Positions 24,461 through 38,164 of a stretch of DNA of 64,000 nt are shown here, piece by piece. The notes under the pieces were generated by a model. The model was not told the origin of the DNA, made no database searches, and was given only the letters and a program-made list of their open reading frames with translations. Made by a program: the position numbers and the translations under genes. Location of the stretch: contig NW_026779721.1 of the NCBI RefSeq assembly GCF_030144855.1, positions 186,001 through 250,000 of the forward strand, given 5' to 3'. Position 1 is the first letter of the stretch. Every line of letters begins with the position of its first letter. The DNA is from Hypanus sabinus. Its lineage: Eukaryota.

Positions 24461-25903
24461 TCACTCATGTACCTTCAATTGAGATGATTGAGTGAATCCC
24501 TTCCCACAGAATATGCAGGTGAACGGCCTCTCCCCAGTGTGAACTGACTGGTGTGCTTGTAGGCCAGCTAACTGTGTGAATCCCTTCCCACAGTCTGAGC
24601 AGGTGAATGGCCTCTCCCCAGTGTGTACTCGCTGATGTACCTTCAATTGAGATGACCGAGTGAATCCCTTCCCACAGTCTGAGCAGTTGAATGGCCTCTC
24701 CCCAGTGTGAACTAAATGGTGTGCTTGTAGAGTAGCTAACTGAGTGAATCCCTTCCCACAGTCTGAGCAAGTGAACGGCCTCTCCCCAGTGTGAACTCGC
24801 TGATGGACTTTCAGTTGAGATGACGAAGTGAATCCCTTCCCACAGTCCAAGCAGGTGAATGGCCTCTCCCCAGTGTGAACTCGCTGATGTACCTTCAGTT
24901 GAGATGACCGAGTGAATCCCTTCCCACAGTCTGAGCAGGTGAATGGCCACTCTCCAGTGTGAACTGACTGGTGTGTCAGTAGGCAAGATGATAGAGTGAA
25001 TCCCTTCCCACAGACTGAGCAGGTGAATGGCCTCTCGCCAGTGTGAACTGAATGGTGTGCTTGCAGGCTAGATAACTGTGTGAATCCCTTACCACAGTCT
25101 GAGCAGTTGAACGGCCTCTCGCCAGTGTGAACTGACTGGTGTGCTTGCAGGCCAGATAACTGTGTGAATCCCTTCCCACAGTCTGAGCAGGTGAACGGCC
25201 TCTCCCCAGTGTGAACTCGCTGATGTACCTTCAGTTGTGATGACAAAGTGAATCCCTTCCCACAGTTTGAGCAGGTGAATGGCCTCTCTCCAGAGTGAAC
25301 TGACTGATGTACCTTCAGTTGAGATGACCGAATGAACCCCTTCCCACATTCTAAGCAGTTGAACGGCCACTCTCCAGTGTGAACTGACTGGTGTGCTTGT
25401 AGGTTAGCTAACTGTGTGAATCCCTTCCCACAGTCTGAGCAGGTGAATGGCCTCTCCCCAGTGTGAACTCGCTGATGTACTTTCAGTTTCGATGATGAAT
25501 TGAATCCCTTCCCACAGTCTAAGCAAGAGAACGGCCTCTCCCCAGTGTGAACTGACTGGTGTGCTTGTAGGTTAGCTAACTGTGTGAATCCCTTTCCACA
25601 GTCTGAGCAGTTGAACGGCCTCTCCCCAGTGTGAACTCGCTGATGTACCTTCAGTTGAGATGACGAAGTGAATCCCTTCCCACAGTCTGAGCAGGTGAAC
25701 GGCTTCTCCCCAGTGTGAACAGACTGGTGTGCTTGTAGGCCAGCTAATTGTGTGAATCCCTTCCCACAGTCTGAGCAGGTGAATGGCCTCTCTCCAGTGT
25801 GAATTCGCTGATGTATCTTCAGTTGGGATGAGTAGGTGAATCCCTTCCCACATTCCGAGCAGGTGAACGGCCTCTCCTCAGTGTGAACTCGCTGGTGATC
25901 CAT
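24461..25903 (-). CDS. C2H2 zinc-finger protein ZNF-B, 480 aa, 16 complete fingers plus a truncated 17th
   Basis: Tandem CxxC-x12-HxxxH fingers with TGE(R/K)P linkers. Acceptor ttttacAG| at 26306/26305. Confidence 0.9.
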   Translation of the reverse strand: MDHQRVHTEERPFTCSECGKGFTYSSQLKIHQRIHTGERPFTCSDCGKGFTQLAGLQAHQSVHTGEKPFTCSDCGKGFTSSSQLKVHQRVHTGERPFNCSDCGKGFTQLANLQAHQSVHTGERPFSCLDCGKGFNSSSKLKVHQRVHTGERPFTCSDCGKGFTQLANLQAHQSVHTGEWPFNCLECGKGFIRSSQLKVHQSVHSGERPFTCSNCGKGFTLSSQLKVHQRVHTGERPFTCSDCGKGFTQLSGLQAHQSVHTGERPFNCSDCGKGFTQLSSLQAHHSVHTGERPFTCSVCGKGFTLSSCLLTHQSVHTGEWPFTCSDCGKGFTRSSQLKVHQRVHTGERPFTCLDCGKGFTSSSQLKVHQRVHTGERPFTCSDCGKGFTQLATLQAHHLVHTGERPFNCSDCGKGFTRSSQLKVHQRVHTGERPFTCSDCGKGFTQLAGLQAHQSVHTGERPFTCIFCGKGFTQSSQLKVHE

Positions 25904-26021
25904 GAAGTCAGATGACCGAGTGAATCCTTCCCCACAAATTCAGCAGATGACCAGCCTCTGCCCAATGTGAACTGACTGGTGTGTCCACAGGTGGGAAGAC
26001 GACTGAATCCCTTCTCACTCA

Positions 26022-26156
<135 letters not shown>

Positions 26157-28129
26157 TCAGATGACCAAGTGAATCCCTCCCCACAGCCTGAGCAGGAAGG
26201 ATGATCGAGTGAATCCCTTGCTCCACTTCTTAAATATCTGGACAGAGACAGCAAAATTGGCATGTTGTGTTCGAAATTCCCGTAGATAAATTCCTTGCTT
26301 TTAGCCTGTAAAAAGATTTACAAAATCCATCAATGTGTGTGGGGCAACTTTTCATATGAGATCACTTGAGTTGTCACGGTGTGATCTGGCAACACACTCT
26401 TACAGTGAAGTTCAACCCAAGTTGGAGAGAGAAATCATCTTCTAACTGGGCACAGTGCTGGTATCTGGAATGACCATCAATTCCCTGATGCTCTTTCTGT
26501 CTCTATCAGAATGGGGCATTTCTGCCATCTCCAATCTTTGACCTGGCTCAGTTTGACTCTCGCCATTGGTATTGCTCCCTCTTCCCACTGAGCAGCACGG
26601 GCTCCTGGCCCCACAGTAACTGAAATACTCTCACACATTCCATGCACCCACCACTCTCTGGGTAAAAATCTTACCCCTGACATCCTCTTGGTATCTATTT
26701 CTAAGCACCATAAAACTATGCCCCTTCGTGTTAGCCATTTCAGCCCTGGGAATAAACCTCTGCCTATCCACATGATCAATGTCCCTCATCATCCTATACA
26801 CGTAAAAATGGCTCTAAACATAAACAAGGAAATTACACATAGCTTTGGGAAATTGTCAGAAGTATACAAGATTATGAGGTTATAGGGTAAATGCAAGCAG
26901 CTTTTTCCACTGAGGTTGGGTGGGATGGCAACCAGAGGTCATGGGTAAGTGGGGAAGGTGAAAATTTAATGGGAACATATGGAAAAGCTCTTTACTGAAA
27001 TGGTCGTGAGAGTGTGCAATGACATGTCAGCACGTGGTGAATACGAGCTCGGTTTCACCATTTCAAAGAGGTTTTGATGGAAGCCTGGATGGTAGGTGTA
27101 TGGAGGGCGATGGTCTCGGTGCAGTTAGTTGCAATAGACAGCTTAAATGTTTTTTTGGCATTGACTAGATGGGCCAAATGGCCTGTTTCCATTTTGAATG
27201 TCTCCATTATTCTATGACAGAGAAGCTGGACAAACTTGTTTGGAAGGGAAAAGGTTGGAGTGACAACGGAGCAGCAATGGCTGGAATTTCTGGGAGCAAT
27301 TCAGGAGCTGAGTGATCGACATATCCCAAGGAAGTGAAAGCATTGGAAACCAGGGGGACATAACCATAGTTGAATTGAGAAGCTAAAGCCAACATAAAAG
27401 CCAAAGAGAGGGCAAACAAAAGAGCAAAATCTATTGGGAAGCTAGAAACCAACAGAAGACAATGAAAATGTTCAGATGAGCTCAGGGCATGGATGATGAT
27501 AAATGAGTCTTGGTAGCACCCAAAAGTCTGAGGCATTTAAAGGAACGAAATATCCGGGGCTTCAATATAGCCAGAAAGCCAAGATTCCCTGCACCAGTTA
27601 CGTTTCAACTGTTACATTGTTAGGCACATAAAGTCTCTACACCCTCAAAATTTCACTTCTGAAGGCCTCCCACTTACAAAGTACTCCTTTGTCAGAAAAC
27701 AGCATGTCCCAATCCACACTTGTCAGATCCTTTCTGATACCATCAAAATTGACCTCTCTCCAATTTAGAATATCAACCCATGGTCCAGACCTCTCTTTTT
27801 TCATCTTTATTTTGAATTTCATGGCATTATGAACACTAATTTCTGTCACCAGCCCTGGTCATTGCCTAACAGCTTATTGCACACTTCTACATCGGGAATT
27901 TTACGTACCAATTAAGGGCACAGTTGACAAACTTTACCCCATCTAGTCCTTTTACAGTATGGGAGTCCCAGTCAATATATGGAAAGTTAAAATCGCTTAC
28001 AATCTCAACCTTTGTTTCTTGGCATGGTCTGTGACCGCTCTGCAAATTTGTTCCTCTAAATCCCTCAGACTGTTGGGTGCAACCAAGCCCCTATAATGGC
28101 CACAATATCATAATTCCCTGTCCTGAGCT

Positions 28130-28325
28130 CATCTGGCTTTCCTACAATGCTTCTTGCATTGTGATATACACAGCTCAGCACATTCATCGCACCATGCTCA
28201 ACCATTTGATTGCTGACTCTGTCTGAGGTCTGAACAATATCTGACTTGTATCAAGAAAACCAACTCTCCCTCATTATCACAAAAACAATGGAGCTGATTG
28301 TGGAGGACAGGAGGAGTGGAGACAC
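28130..28325 (+). mobile_element. Rex1/Babar fragment, truncated
   Basis: Paralog of 3070-3255. Confidence 0.55.
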
Positions 28326-28329
28326 AGAT

Positions 28330-28820
28330 AAGGGCATCACCCTGGGACTAGTGAACAACCGACAGCTTCTCCAGTTTCTGAATCCCCAGTAGTGGGCACT
28401 TAATCTGGACTCCACCGCGTTTGAACCCCTTCCGTCAGCGGCAGACCCTCATGTGATTCTGTGCTATGACACTAGGGGGTGCTCATTGAGGAAAGCCAAT
28501 ATTATGCACCCCTCGAGCGAGGGAAGTTCCCAGTCATGGTGATTGGACAGGATTAAGGAAAAGAGGGCAGCACATTACTGGCCGAAGTTCCGGATTTCCT
28601 TTGGTGGCAGACAGGACTGGTGGCTCCCCATACCATAGTTAGGGTTTGCCCTGGGTTCAAGTCAAAGAGCCCAGAGTTCCTTGCCTTCACCCTGAGGAAA
28701 CAAGCCTCCAGCAGCGAGGGAGACTGGCAAGACTTGGCCGTGGGCCAACTCCGATACTGGAAGGACTCTGAGGTGAAGACAGGACATCTGGTAAGACTTT
28801 CTTTTAATATTGACTGAACC
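28330..28820. repeat. unclassified interspersed repeat
   Basis: 28580-28725 recurs in inverted orientation at 63855-64000. Confidence 0.5.
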
Positions 28821-28829
28821 CAAGACATT

Positions 28830-31800
28830 GCACACAATCTCTGCTCAATTTCAGTCAAAATGGTTGACTGCACCAACTGCCCCCCATCCAGATCTCCATG
28901 AAAGGAGGACAGACTCTCCCATCCATTCCACAATACCCCCTCTAGCCCGAGGTAACTTTTCTTGAGGATGGAAGCTCTTTTGTGGATCCAGCAGGGAAAC
29001 GATGCGATAGTGATGGACAATGAAGTAACTGAACAGGCCTCTTTTGAAGCAGCTGTCTCCGCCCAGAAGGCTGAGCTGTTTGCTCTGACTCGTGCCTGTA
29101 TCCCAGCAACAGACTAAAGTGGGAACGTTCACACAGACTGCCGTTATGCATTTGGGATTGTACATGACTACGGGGCTCTCTAGGAACATGGGGATTCCTG
29201 ACTTCCTCTGGCCACCCCATTAGTAATGCCACCTTTGTAAACAACTTACACACTGCTCTACAGCCACCTCGAGCTTTGGCTGTTATTAAATGAGCGGCCC
29301 ACACCTGCATGTCTGACTGGGTCACTAAGTGCAATGCTTTAGCGGAAAAGACAGCGAAAAGTGCGGCACAATCCTAGTAGTTGTAGTCTCCTCGGGTTCC
29401 CATCAGGCAACCCTCTGTGACTTAAGCAGAACACGTTTGCCAGACATGCGGGAGGTACATACTTTTCATGGGGACATCTCTGAGCAGCAGCGCAAATTGT
29501 GGTCCCAGATGGGGTGCCAGAAAGAACCAAACTAGCTTTTTGGATTACTCCAAAGGGACAGGTTTGTGTTCCTATACAGTTTTTACCAATATTGGTCGAT
29601 CATATACATGATTTGACACACCTGGGAAAGGAGGAAATGGTTGGAAACCTGTACCCTGCACACCGGGTATGACACCCTTGCCAGGTGGATCTTTTTCATG
29701 TCTACAAGTGGATTTTATTGAATTGCCTAGAGTACATTGCTATAGATACTGCTTAGTTATTATAGATGTGTTTAGTAGATGCATTGAAGCTATTCCAATT
29801 ACCAATAATACTGCTATGTCTGTTGTGAAGATATTATTATGGGAAATAATTCCCAAGTAAGGCCCGCCAGAGATGCTGAGCTCTCACAATGGCCCACACT
29901 TTGTGGTGAAAGTAAACAAAGGGGTACCAAACGAACTAGCTATCAAGCAACAATTCCACTGTGTACACCACCCACAGGCCGCTGGCATAGTGGAAAGAGC
30001 CAATAGCACTCTGAAGAGTAAAGTGGCCAGACTAACAGTGGAGACTGGACTCACTTGTTTGAAGGTACGACCAATAGCCTGATTCCACATGAGGGTTACC
30101 TCACAGGGGAAAACAGGGTTGTCACCAGCTGAAATCATTCATGGACGGCCCATGAAGACACCCTGGGGACTAAGACCCTGTGTACCATTGTTCCCAGAAG
30201 TCTACCAGCAAAATTGGATATGCATACCCGAAGGGAAGAGATTGGGAAATATGTATGCCTACTAACCAAACTTTTCCAAGAATTACATTCACAGGTACAA
30301 CAGGCTTACAAGGAAGAGAACTACCTCACAGAGAGAATGACTATCCCACCACAAAACATGGGAATTTTGTCCTAATCAAGAACTGGGATTGAGGAAAACT
30401 CTGACCTCAGTGGAGAGGACCATATCAGGTGTTACTGACCACTCCCACGGCTGTGAAACCGAAGGGGCTATCTCGATGGACACATTGAACGGACTGAAAA
30501 TGTGTTACAGAAGGAACTGAGTAGAAGGGCTCTCTCGGACTGAAGGAAAATGTATTCATTGATAGTGGTCTTTGTGTTTTCCCTTATTGCTCAAACAATA
30601 TCCGTGGCCCCATGTCAACACCTTTCTGTCTCTCTGTCACACCTCTGCCAAACAGGTAGAACTAGGGGCCTGCTGGGTTTGTGCTGCAATTCCACAGCAT
30701 GGTAAAACTATGGTTCCAATGTCAGTAATCCTGCTCAATCAGAGTGAGGAACTCTAAGCCTGGGATTTCTCAAATAACACCCGGGGAAGTGAGGTGAGGA
30801 AATGCGGTCCAGTCAGAGATGACAGTGGCTGTCAGTGTTTTGAGGGATGGTATCTCAAGTTCCCATCAAATGGAACTTCCTACACTGGGAAACATGAATC
30901 CTGGTCTTAGTTGCAGCTGCCCAGCAGCAGAGAGAAATAACAGATTGAATGCTTTTGGATGATCGCTTTTCTCGCCTATGGAGTAGCCAGGAATTCACGA
31001 GAGACAATCAATTTACCTACAGCACTTGAGGAGCTGGCCACAACACTGCAGGGGCCCTGACAGAAACACAGTCCCAAGTAACAGAAATATCTACTGAAAT
31101 GATTGCAATCTGGCAAACAGTCCTACAAAATTGTAAGGCTTTAGACTTTATCCCAGCTGAGAAAGGGGGCACCTGTGCTATTATTGACACAGAATGCTGC
31201 ACCTATATCCCTGATGAATCTACTAACATTACATCCCTCTCCAAGCACACTGCCAAGGTGATTGATAGCATCTAGATAGAAAGCAGGACATGGTTCACTG
31301 AAGGGTCGAAATGGTGGTCTTTGAAGGTCTGTTCATTAATACATGGAGCAGGATATTGCATTATGACCTAATAGTTGTCCATATCATTGTTATAAATACT
31401 GTTGTACACTGTTTTTTCCCACTGATAAGTCAATGTTGTACTCATTTGCTTTCGCTGCAAAAAAATCACTGCTTTGTTGATCATGTAATGATCAAAAGGA
31501 GGGAATGATAAAATGTGTAAAAGGGTTAACACTTTGTTAAAAAAATAGCAACCTGTTTTTCTGAAAGAAACTGCTGATAATCAACAGATGTGCTAAGCCA
31601 TGCTGAGCCATATTTCTTCTTGAGGGTAGCTAGCTAGGGTTTCAGGATGCTTATCTCCTTGTGCACTCATGTGTAGAGATAGGACAGCTTCAGTCTGTTC
31701 TGTGTGTGTAAGCCATTATGACTGTTTTGTACTCTGTCTTTAGGGGCTCCAGCTTCTCATGTAGTAAATAACTTTGGCTCCAACATGTCTTGTGTGGGGG

Positions 31801-31977
31801 GTAGCTGGACGGATATATCTGTGGTGTAAGGGGTATTGTTAGTCAGTTAGTGGATTGGGCGGGAACAGTCATCGACTGTGCCTGTTTGAGCGACTAACTG
31901 AGTAAGCCCGATGCTTCAAATAAAGAGTTTGTACTTAAACAGTCTCTCAGTGACTTGATCCAGATTCGACTTCCACA
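28830..31977 (+). mobile_element. degenerate class I ERV copy 2: RNase H, integrase, deleted env, PPT, 3' LTR 31506-31977
   Basis: RNase H SAQKAELFALTRAC...HTDCRYAFGIVHDYG; integrase LQVDFIELP...HPQAAGIVERAN and GPYQVLLTTPTAVK; TM CAIIDTECC (CX6CC). LTR runs TG...CA with AATAAA at 31919. Confidence 0.9.
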
Positions 31978-32764
31978 GAATGGGAGTGGTTTCAAAGGGC
32001 TGGGCTGCTGCTGGAAGCACATCACCAGACCTGGAGTGATTGCAAACGGGTCTGACAGAGGCATAACTGGTACTTCTGGGCATGTTCAGTCTCACTCCCA
32101 ACTATTTCCAACCTTCCACTGTACAGGTATGTAATGTCTAAAGAACAATGTTTCAGTAAATGAGACTCACCAAACTTTCTCCTGACTGAATCACTGTCCC
32201 ACACACGCCACAAAACGATATGGGATAAGAAGGAGCCATCATTCAATCATGGTAAAACATAAGACACAGGAACAGAATTAGATGATTCGATCCATCTGGT
32301 CTGCCCACCATTCAACCATGGCTGATTTTTATTCCAACACCATATTCTTGCCTTCCTCCTGTAACCCTGTAGCTACTTAACAATCTTTAGTGTATTAATC
32401 TCCCTCATAAATATACCCGAACGGCAGCCTCAACCAAACTGTGCGGCAACAGATTCCACACTTTAGACACCTTTTGGCCAAAAGATTTTTCTCAGCTGAA
32501 TTTTTACAGGAGGCATCTTTATTCTGAGACGGTGCTGTCAGATTACAGACTCTCCGTCTAATGGAAAGATCCTCTCCATGTACACTGTACCCAGGCTTTT
32601 TAGCATTCGGAATGTTTACTTAATCATACTTCGCCCTCACAACATCCCACCGTCCATCTGAACTCCATCGAGCACAGGTCCGGAGACGTCAAATGCGCCT
32701 CATACATGAAGCCGATCGTTCCTGATATTATTCATGTCAACCATGTTATCAACACACCACTTGA

Positions 32765-33275
32765 TCCTCCGTCACAAAGCGGAGGGCGGGGCGGATCTGC
32801 GGCACACAGCCTCACGTGACCTGTCGGCGGGACTTCCATTTCAACTCTGCGGAAATAGACAGCCTGGGCTCCTGGTTTGGATCGTTCAATGCAGATTAAA
32901 AGAAGTCGACACATTTTTGCCGAGCCCACATAACTGGAAAATAAATGAGTATCTGGCCCTCAGTTCGGGGCTCACGGCCAACATCGGATCGGGATCAGTC
33001 TCAATACTCACCAATAGGAAAGTGATATCTTCAGCCCGGAGACAGTAATCCAGATCCCCGGCTCCCGGATATACGAGACGAGAAGCCTTTCTCGATCCCG
33101 CAGACTTCAGCACCGAGCGTTAAGGAATACACCGCACACCCGGAGACAGTGAGCATGCGCGAAGTGTGGTACGTCATCAGGAGGGCGGGGCCACAGAAAC
33201 AGCAGCGCGATGTTGCCCTCCTACGGTTGAATTGGGGGGGGGGGGGTAAACTGCATCACGTGACCGGTTTTGGTC
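32765..33275 (-). promoter_or_regulatory. CpG-island promoter and putative non-coding first exon of ZNF-B
   Basis: GAGCATGCGC, ACGTCA, GGGCGGGG and two TCACGTGA. Minus-strand donor GTGAGT near 33011. Confidence 0.55.
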
Positions 33276-33493
33276 TCCCACCCCAGAGAGATCCTGTTAC
33301 CCGCTACTCTGTGGAAAGAAGCAAACTTGCCGCTCACATCTACTCTCACCTTAAATGTGTTAGACATTTCAACCCCCAGGAAAAATATATCGTCTGTCCA
33401 CTCTGTCTATTCCTCTCGTAATCTTATAAACGTCCATCCAGTCTCACCCCAGCCTGCGCCGCTCCGGAGAAAACAACACAAGTTTGTCCAACC

Positions 33494-33617
33494 AGGTCGG
33501 GCTGTATCCGTCGAAACGAGCCGTCAACGTTTCGGGCCGGGACCCTTCGTCAGTCCTGAGTTCCTCCAGCGTGTGTGTACGTGTTGATTTGACCACAGCA
33601 TCAGCAGTGTACTTTGT
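33494..33617. mobile_element. Penelope-like terminal fragment inserted in a CR1 fragment
   Basis: Absent in the paralogs at 15830 and 59890. Flanked by gtttgtccaacc / gttcgtccaatc. Confidence 0.65.
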
Positions 33618-33779
33618 GTTCGTCCAATCTCTCGTTACAGCTCATGCCTTCTAATCCAGGCAGTGTCCTGGTAAAACTCTTCCCCGCCCTCTCCAAAGCC
33701 CCGACATCCTTCCGAGAATGGGGGCGACCAGAACTATATGAAACACTCCAGATGTGGTCTAACTAGTTTTATAAAACTG

Positions 33780-34538
33780 TGTTACGAACTGTGACGTTTT
33801 AGAACCGAACCAGCAGCAATAGAGTTCACACTGGAGTCTGGTTTTGATGGTTAATACACTGTTTATTAGTATTTACTTAAACATAGTAACTTAACGAAAG
33901 TTAACAGTGTTAAGTGGATATATGTGTAAATATAATTCCCCAGACTATCGAGCCTGAGGAAACAAAGCTTAGAGTCTTGAGATGGTAAAGTAGGAAAGTT
34001 CAGAAATCCACGGAATAAATGATGGGAGAGATTTGTAATCCAGGGTGAAACGTAGAGAAAAGGCCGTTACTTCAAAATAACCGTCGACGAAGTTCTTATC
34101 CGTTGAATCCGTCCACAGACGAGTTATCAGCGGAAGTGACCTCTCACAGGAATACCGTCTTCCAGGGGTTACCAGACAAAATACCCAAGCAAGGATTAAC
34201 ACAAGATATTCCAAAACCCACTCCTATGGATTATACGAAGTGACAGCCGCACACATTCGTTGTGGTTCCGTGTACAGATGATCAACCCACTCTTGTGGGC
34301 ATAGGAGAGTTCCAATCCTCAGCTGCGACTAACTGAAGCGATCAGCTTTTCCAGTCTCTCTCTCTCTCTCTCTCTTTAGACTGGCCGACTGCCTGTCTGC
34401 AGATCTCTCTCTCTCTCTCTCTCTCTTATGGTTCAGTCTACAGTCAGCGCTGTCAGCCTGTGTCTGACGTCATAGTCCCGCCTCCTCACGCCGGCGCTCT
34501 GAAAGAAACAGTCACAGTACGACCGCAGGCTCGTAACA
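33780..34538 (-). mobile_element. solo Gypsy LTR
   Basis: TGTTACGA...TCGTAACA termini. Reverse-complement similarity to the 8565-9560 LTR. Absent from the paralogous CR1 near 15985. Confidence 0.85.
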
Positions 34539-35009
34539 GCCTCAACACAACTTCCCGACTTTTGAACTCAGTGCTTCAACTAATAAAGACAACCGAGTCA
34601 TTTGTCTTCTTAAACACCCGATCAATCTGTGCAGTCTCTTTCAGGGAGCAATGAACTTGGAGTCCAAGATCCCTCTGATCATCAACACTGTACAGGGTTT
34701 TGCATTTAACAGTGTACTGTCTCATACATTCGACCTACCGAGCTGCCAAGATGATCATCACTAATCAAATCTCACTGAGATTTCTCAGGTCCTGTTGAAT
34801 TCATTGCCAAGTGCACAAGTACGGGAAGGTACAGGTACAGAGAAACACTGACTTGTGGCAGCATCACAGGCAAGTACTTTCAGATAAGACACGGAACATA
34901 AATTATACGATTCTCTGTCAGTAACAATCTATAAATATGTTTTATGTCATCAACAATATATAAAATACATTGCGTCATGATCACTATTAAAATGTGCATT
35001 TTGTGTCAA

Positions 35010-35620
35010 TAACAGACTTGGAAATGTTGAATTTGGTCCCTGTCTCCATTCCTCCTGTAATCCACAACCAGCTCCATTGTTTTTGTCACAATGAGGGAGA
35101 GGTTGTTTCCTTGACACCACTGTGTCGGGGTGATGACTTCTTCTCTGTACGCTGCCTCGTTATTAATTGGTATTCGGCCGATCAATGTAGTGTGGTCAGC
35201 AAATCTAATTAGCATATTGGAACCCGCCACTGCAGCCCCACAGTGCACTATGTACTGATTGCAAAGCTACGAAATTGCATGTGAATAGCCTCCCCTCCCT
35301 CAACTCCACTCTTTCAGCGTCAGCAGCAGACTGGGACATCTCTCATCTCGCTGCCTCCGCCAGGACATTAAACTGTGAACAACTGTGGTCAGGGACTGAT
35401 CTCTGGGGTACTCCAAACGCTACCCCCTTCCAGTCTGAAAGCGACCCACTCATCCAGCCACACACTACCGGCAGTTTATCGACCTCCAACGAAAAAGACT
35501 AATCACCTACTCCTGAGGGTCACTACCATTGCTAACTCTGAGTTTACCACCGTCAAATGCCGGGAGGGACATAATAATCAGAAAGTCTCTAGTCACAGCC
35601 GTGTAAATAAAATGTGATCC
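35010..35620 (-). mobile_element. Rex1/Babar fragment followed by decayed CR1 RT fragment
   Basis: RFADHTTLIG...KTMELVVDYRR, then CR1-like GVPQRSVP. Paralogous to 53780-54270. Confidence 0.65.
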
Positions 35621-36154
35621 CAGTAGGTGTGTGGCGCATGCTCAGAATGCGAAGGAGACGGACAAACTGAGCCAAGTCACAGACTGATGAAGGGGAGGAA
35701 TGATCCATTTTGATACAAAGAGGGAGGCAGAGAGTTTGATATTGTTCCTGATGCCGGAACTGTGGCCAGTTAGAAGATGAAGTCTTGTCCCCCCAAGTTG
35801 TTTTGAGTTGTGACAGTGTTTTTCTCAGAAGGCACCATGGAAACTAAATAATCTGAGTGGAAATATTGTCCTTCACCTACCGACGTGCTTTGTAAGCTTT
35901 TAACAGTGTAGAAAAGACAAAGGATTTGTGTATGGAAATCACAAATGCAACAGCTCGTCAGTTCTGCTCTATCTGTCAGTTCATCAGCGCTTGAATGCCG
36001 CCGGTTCTTGAATGTGGAGGCGGAGATGCTGGAGAAGACAGCGCCCCATTCGCTACAAGGAGAGCCCGAACATGTGTCCATGCCCGTGATCTGATTGGAT
36101 ACATCGCCATGACGTTTATAGCAGTGTGACGTCATTCATTGGCTCTTATTTTGG

Positions 36155-36390
36155 AAAGGATTCCGTCGGCCATCGCAGATACACCAACAGCTTCGCTCTG
36201 GGAAGCAGACGTTCACCTGCTCCGTGTGTGTGAAGAGATTCATTCAGTTAACCCACCTTGTGATGCTCCGGTGAGTTCACAATAAATAGAGGCCACATTT
36301 CTGTCCGGAGTGAGCAAAGAGTTTTACTCAATCATCCCAGCTGCTGCAACACCAGCAACTTCACATCAGGGAGGAAGTTCAAATCAGCTC
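36155..36390 (+). pseudogene. decayed C2H2 ZNF 3' fragment (2-3 fingers)
   Basis: FTCSVCVKRFIQLTHL..., then KSFTQSSQLLQHQQLH in a shifted frame, with stops. Confidence 0.65.
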
Positions 36391-36789
36391 CGTGTTAAAT
36401 GTTTAACCATCACGGTGACTGAAGGCTGCTGCAGGATCATGAGGGACGGTTACTGACAGATTCTGCAGTTCTTGCGGCTGCTCATCGCACCCAGGACTGA
36501 ACCCTGGTCACTGAGCATTGGAGGAGTCCGTTCTGCTGATGGTAGCCTTAAACTAGACTGGTGTTTAATATTGTGGATCTGTGAAAGATAAATCCCGTGA
36601 AAGATAAATCCTGTATCAAATCCCGTGTCTCGCTTGAGAGGCCACTCAGCCCAGCTGGTCCCTGCCCATATTTCTGTTCCATATCAGTTTATGAAAATCT
36701 ACCCCCGCCGTTTCCCTCTCACTCTCCCTGAGATGACAGGTTGCATCTAGTCACCACTCCGTGGGATAGGAGATTTCTCTTGAATGTCA

Positions 36790-37142
36790 TAGAATCACAG
36801 AATTCTACAACATATTATCGATACTTTGTCCCACAATGTTGTACCGACCATGTAACTTACTCTAGAAATTGCTTAGAATTACCCTACCGCATAGCCATCT
36901 ATTTTCCTAAGCTCCATGTACCTATCTTAACAGACCTTTTTGTATCCGCCTCTACTACCGTCGCTGGCGGTGCATTCCACACACACGCCACTCTTTGTTT
37001 AAAAAACTTAGCTCTGACATGTCCTCTATACCTACTTCCAAGCAGCTTAAACCTATTCACCCTCGTGTTAGCCGTTTCTGCCCTGGGAAAAAGCCTCTGA
37101 CTATCCACACGACCAATGCCTCTCATCATCTTATACACCTGC
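36790..37142 (-). mobile_element. CR1 3' fragment
   Basis: Peptide VYKMMRGIGRVDSQRLFP...YRGHVRAKFF. Confidence 0.75.
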
Positions 37143-37322
37143 ATGAATTTCCTGCATGATTGTCTCCGGGCTGAACAAGACGATGAGCTCACTGTGGTTG
37201 TGACGTTGTTCAGGGCTCCGGACGAAGTTGGTTAAACTCCATCTTACCCGCTCTTTTCAACGTTTTGGGTCATTTTCACCAATTTTAAAGGATTGTGCCT
37301 CAGACAGCTGGGTTGTTGCAAT

Positions 37323-37497
37323 TGTTACGTGCCAGCAGCAATAGATCACTAACGGAGTCTGGTTTCGATGTTAAAACCACTCTCTTCATTATTATAGTGA
37401 CGGGGTCCTGAATTACCCTTATGAACTGTATTTTTGAAAAGAGAGAGGGAGATGTTCAACACCGGACACAGAGAGAGGGAGGGAGGGAAGGTGGACA

Positions 37498-37538
<41 letters not shown>

Positions 37539-38102
37539 AGAGAGGAAGACTGCTCGGAGACGATGTTATGGTTTCTCTGCAAGCTTGTTGACACTTTTAC
37601 AAGGACACTGTCAGCTTCTGTGTTCTTACAGAGAGAGAAGGGAGGAACTGTTTGATGGACAGCTGGGGCTCAGCACGATGAGATAAGTAGGAGGTCCGCT
37701 GATAGACCTCCAGACACATGGTTTTGGACACTGAATGAGCTTTGTTGTGTCCACAGAAAAAGTTGGGCTTTGGAAGATCGATCCGGAGCATCGATCAGTG
37801 GCTCTCGCAGTGTGAAAAGGCTGTGACCGGTGGGGAGTTATTCGTGTGTCCATCCCTCGCCTGGGTTAATAACTCCACCACTGAAGAACGGTCCCATTTA
37901 TAGTGGTCACAGTCGGTGACTTCCAAAGGATTTCGGAGGACGAAGGGACTATCGACGGCGTCAGCTTACCTGAAGACTCAAAACTCTCCCTCTCTCTCTC
38001 TCCATCACTCCCCGACTCAATCCCACGAACTGAACCGAACTTCACTCATCACCGGAAGACGGTATCCATTCACCCCGAGGCGTGAAGAAGCTTGGCTTTC
38101 CT

Positions 38103-38164
<62 letters not shown>

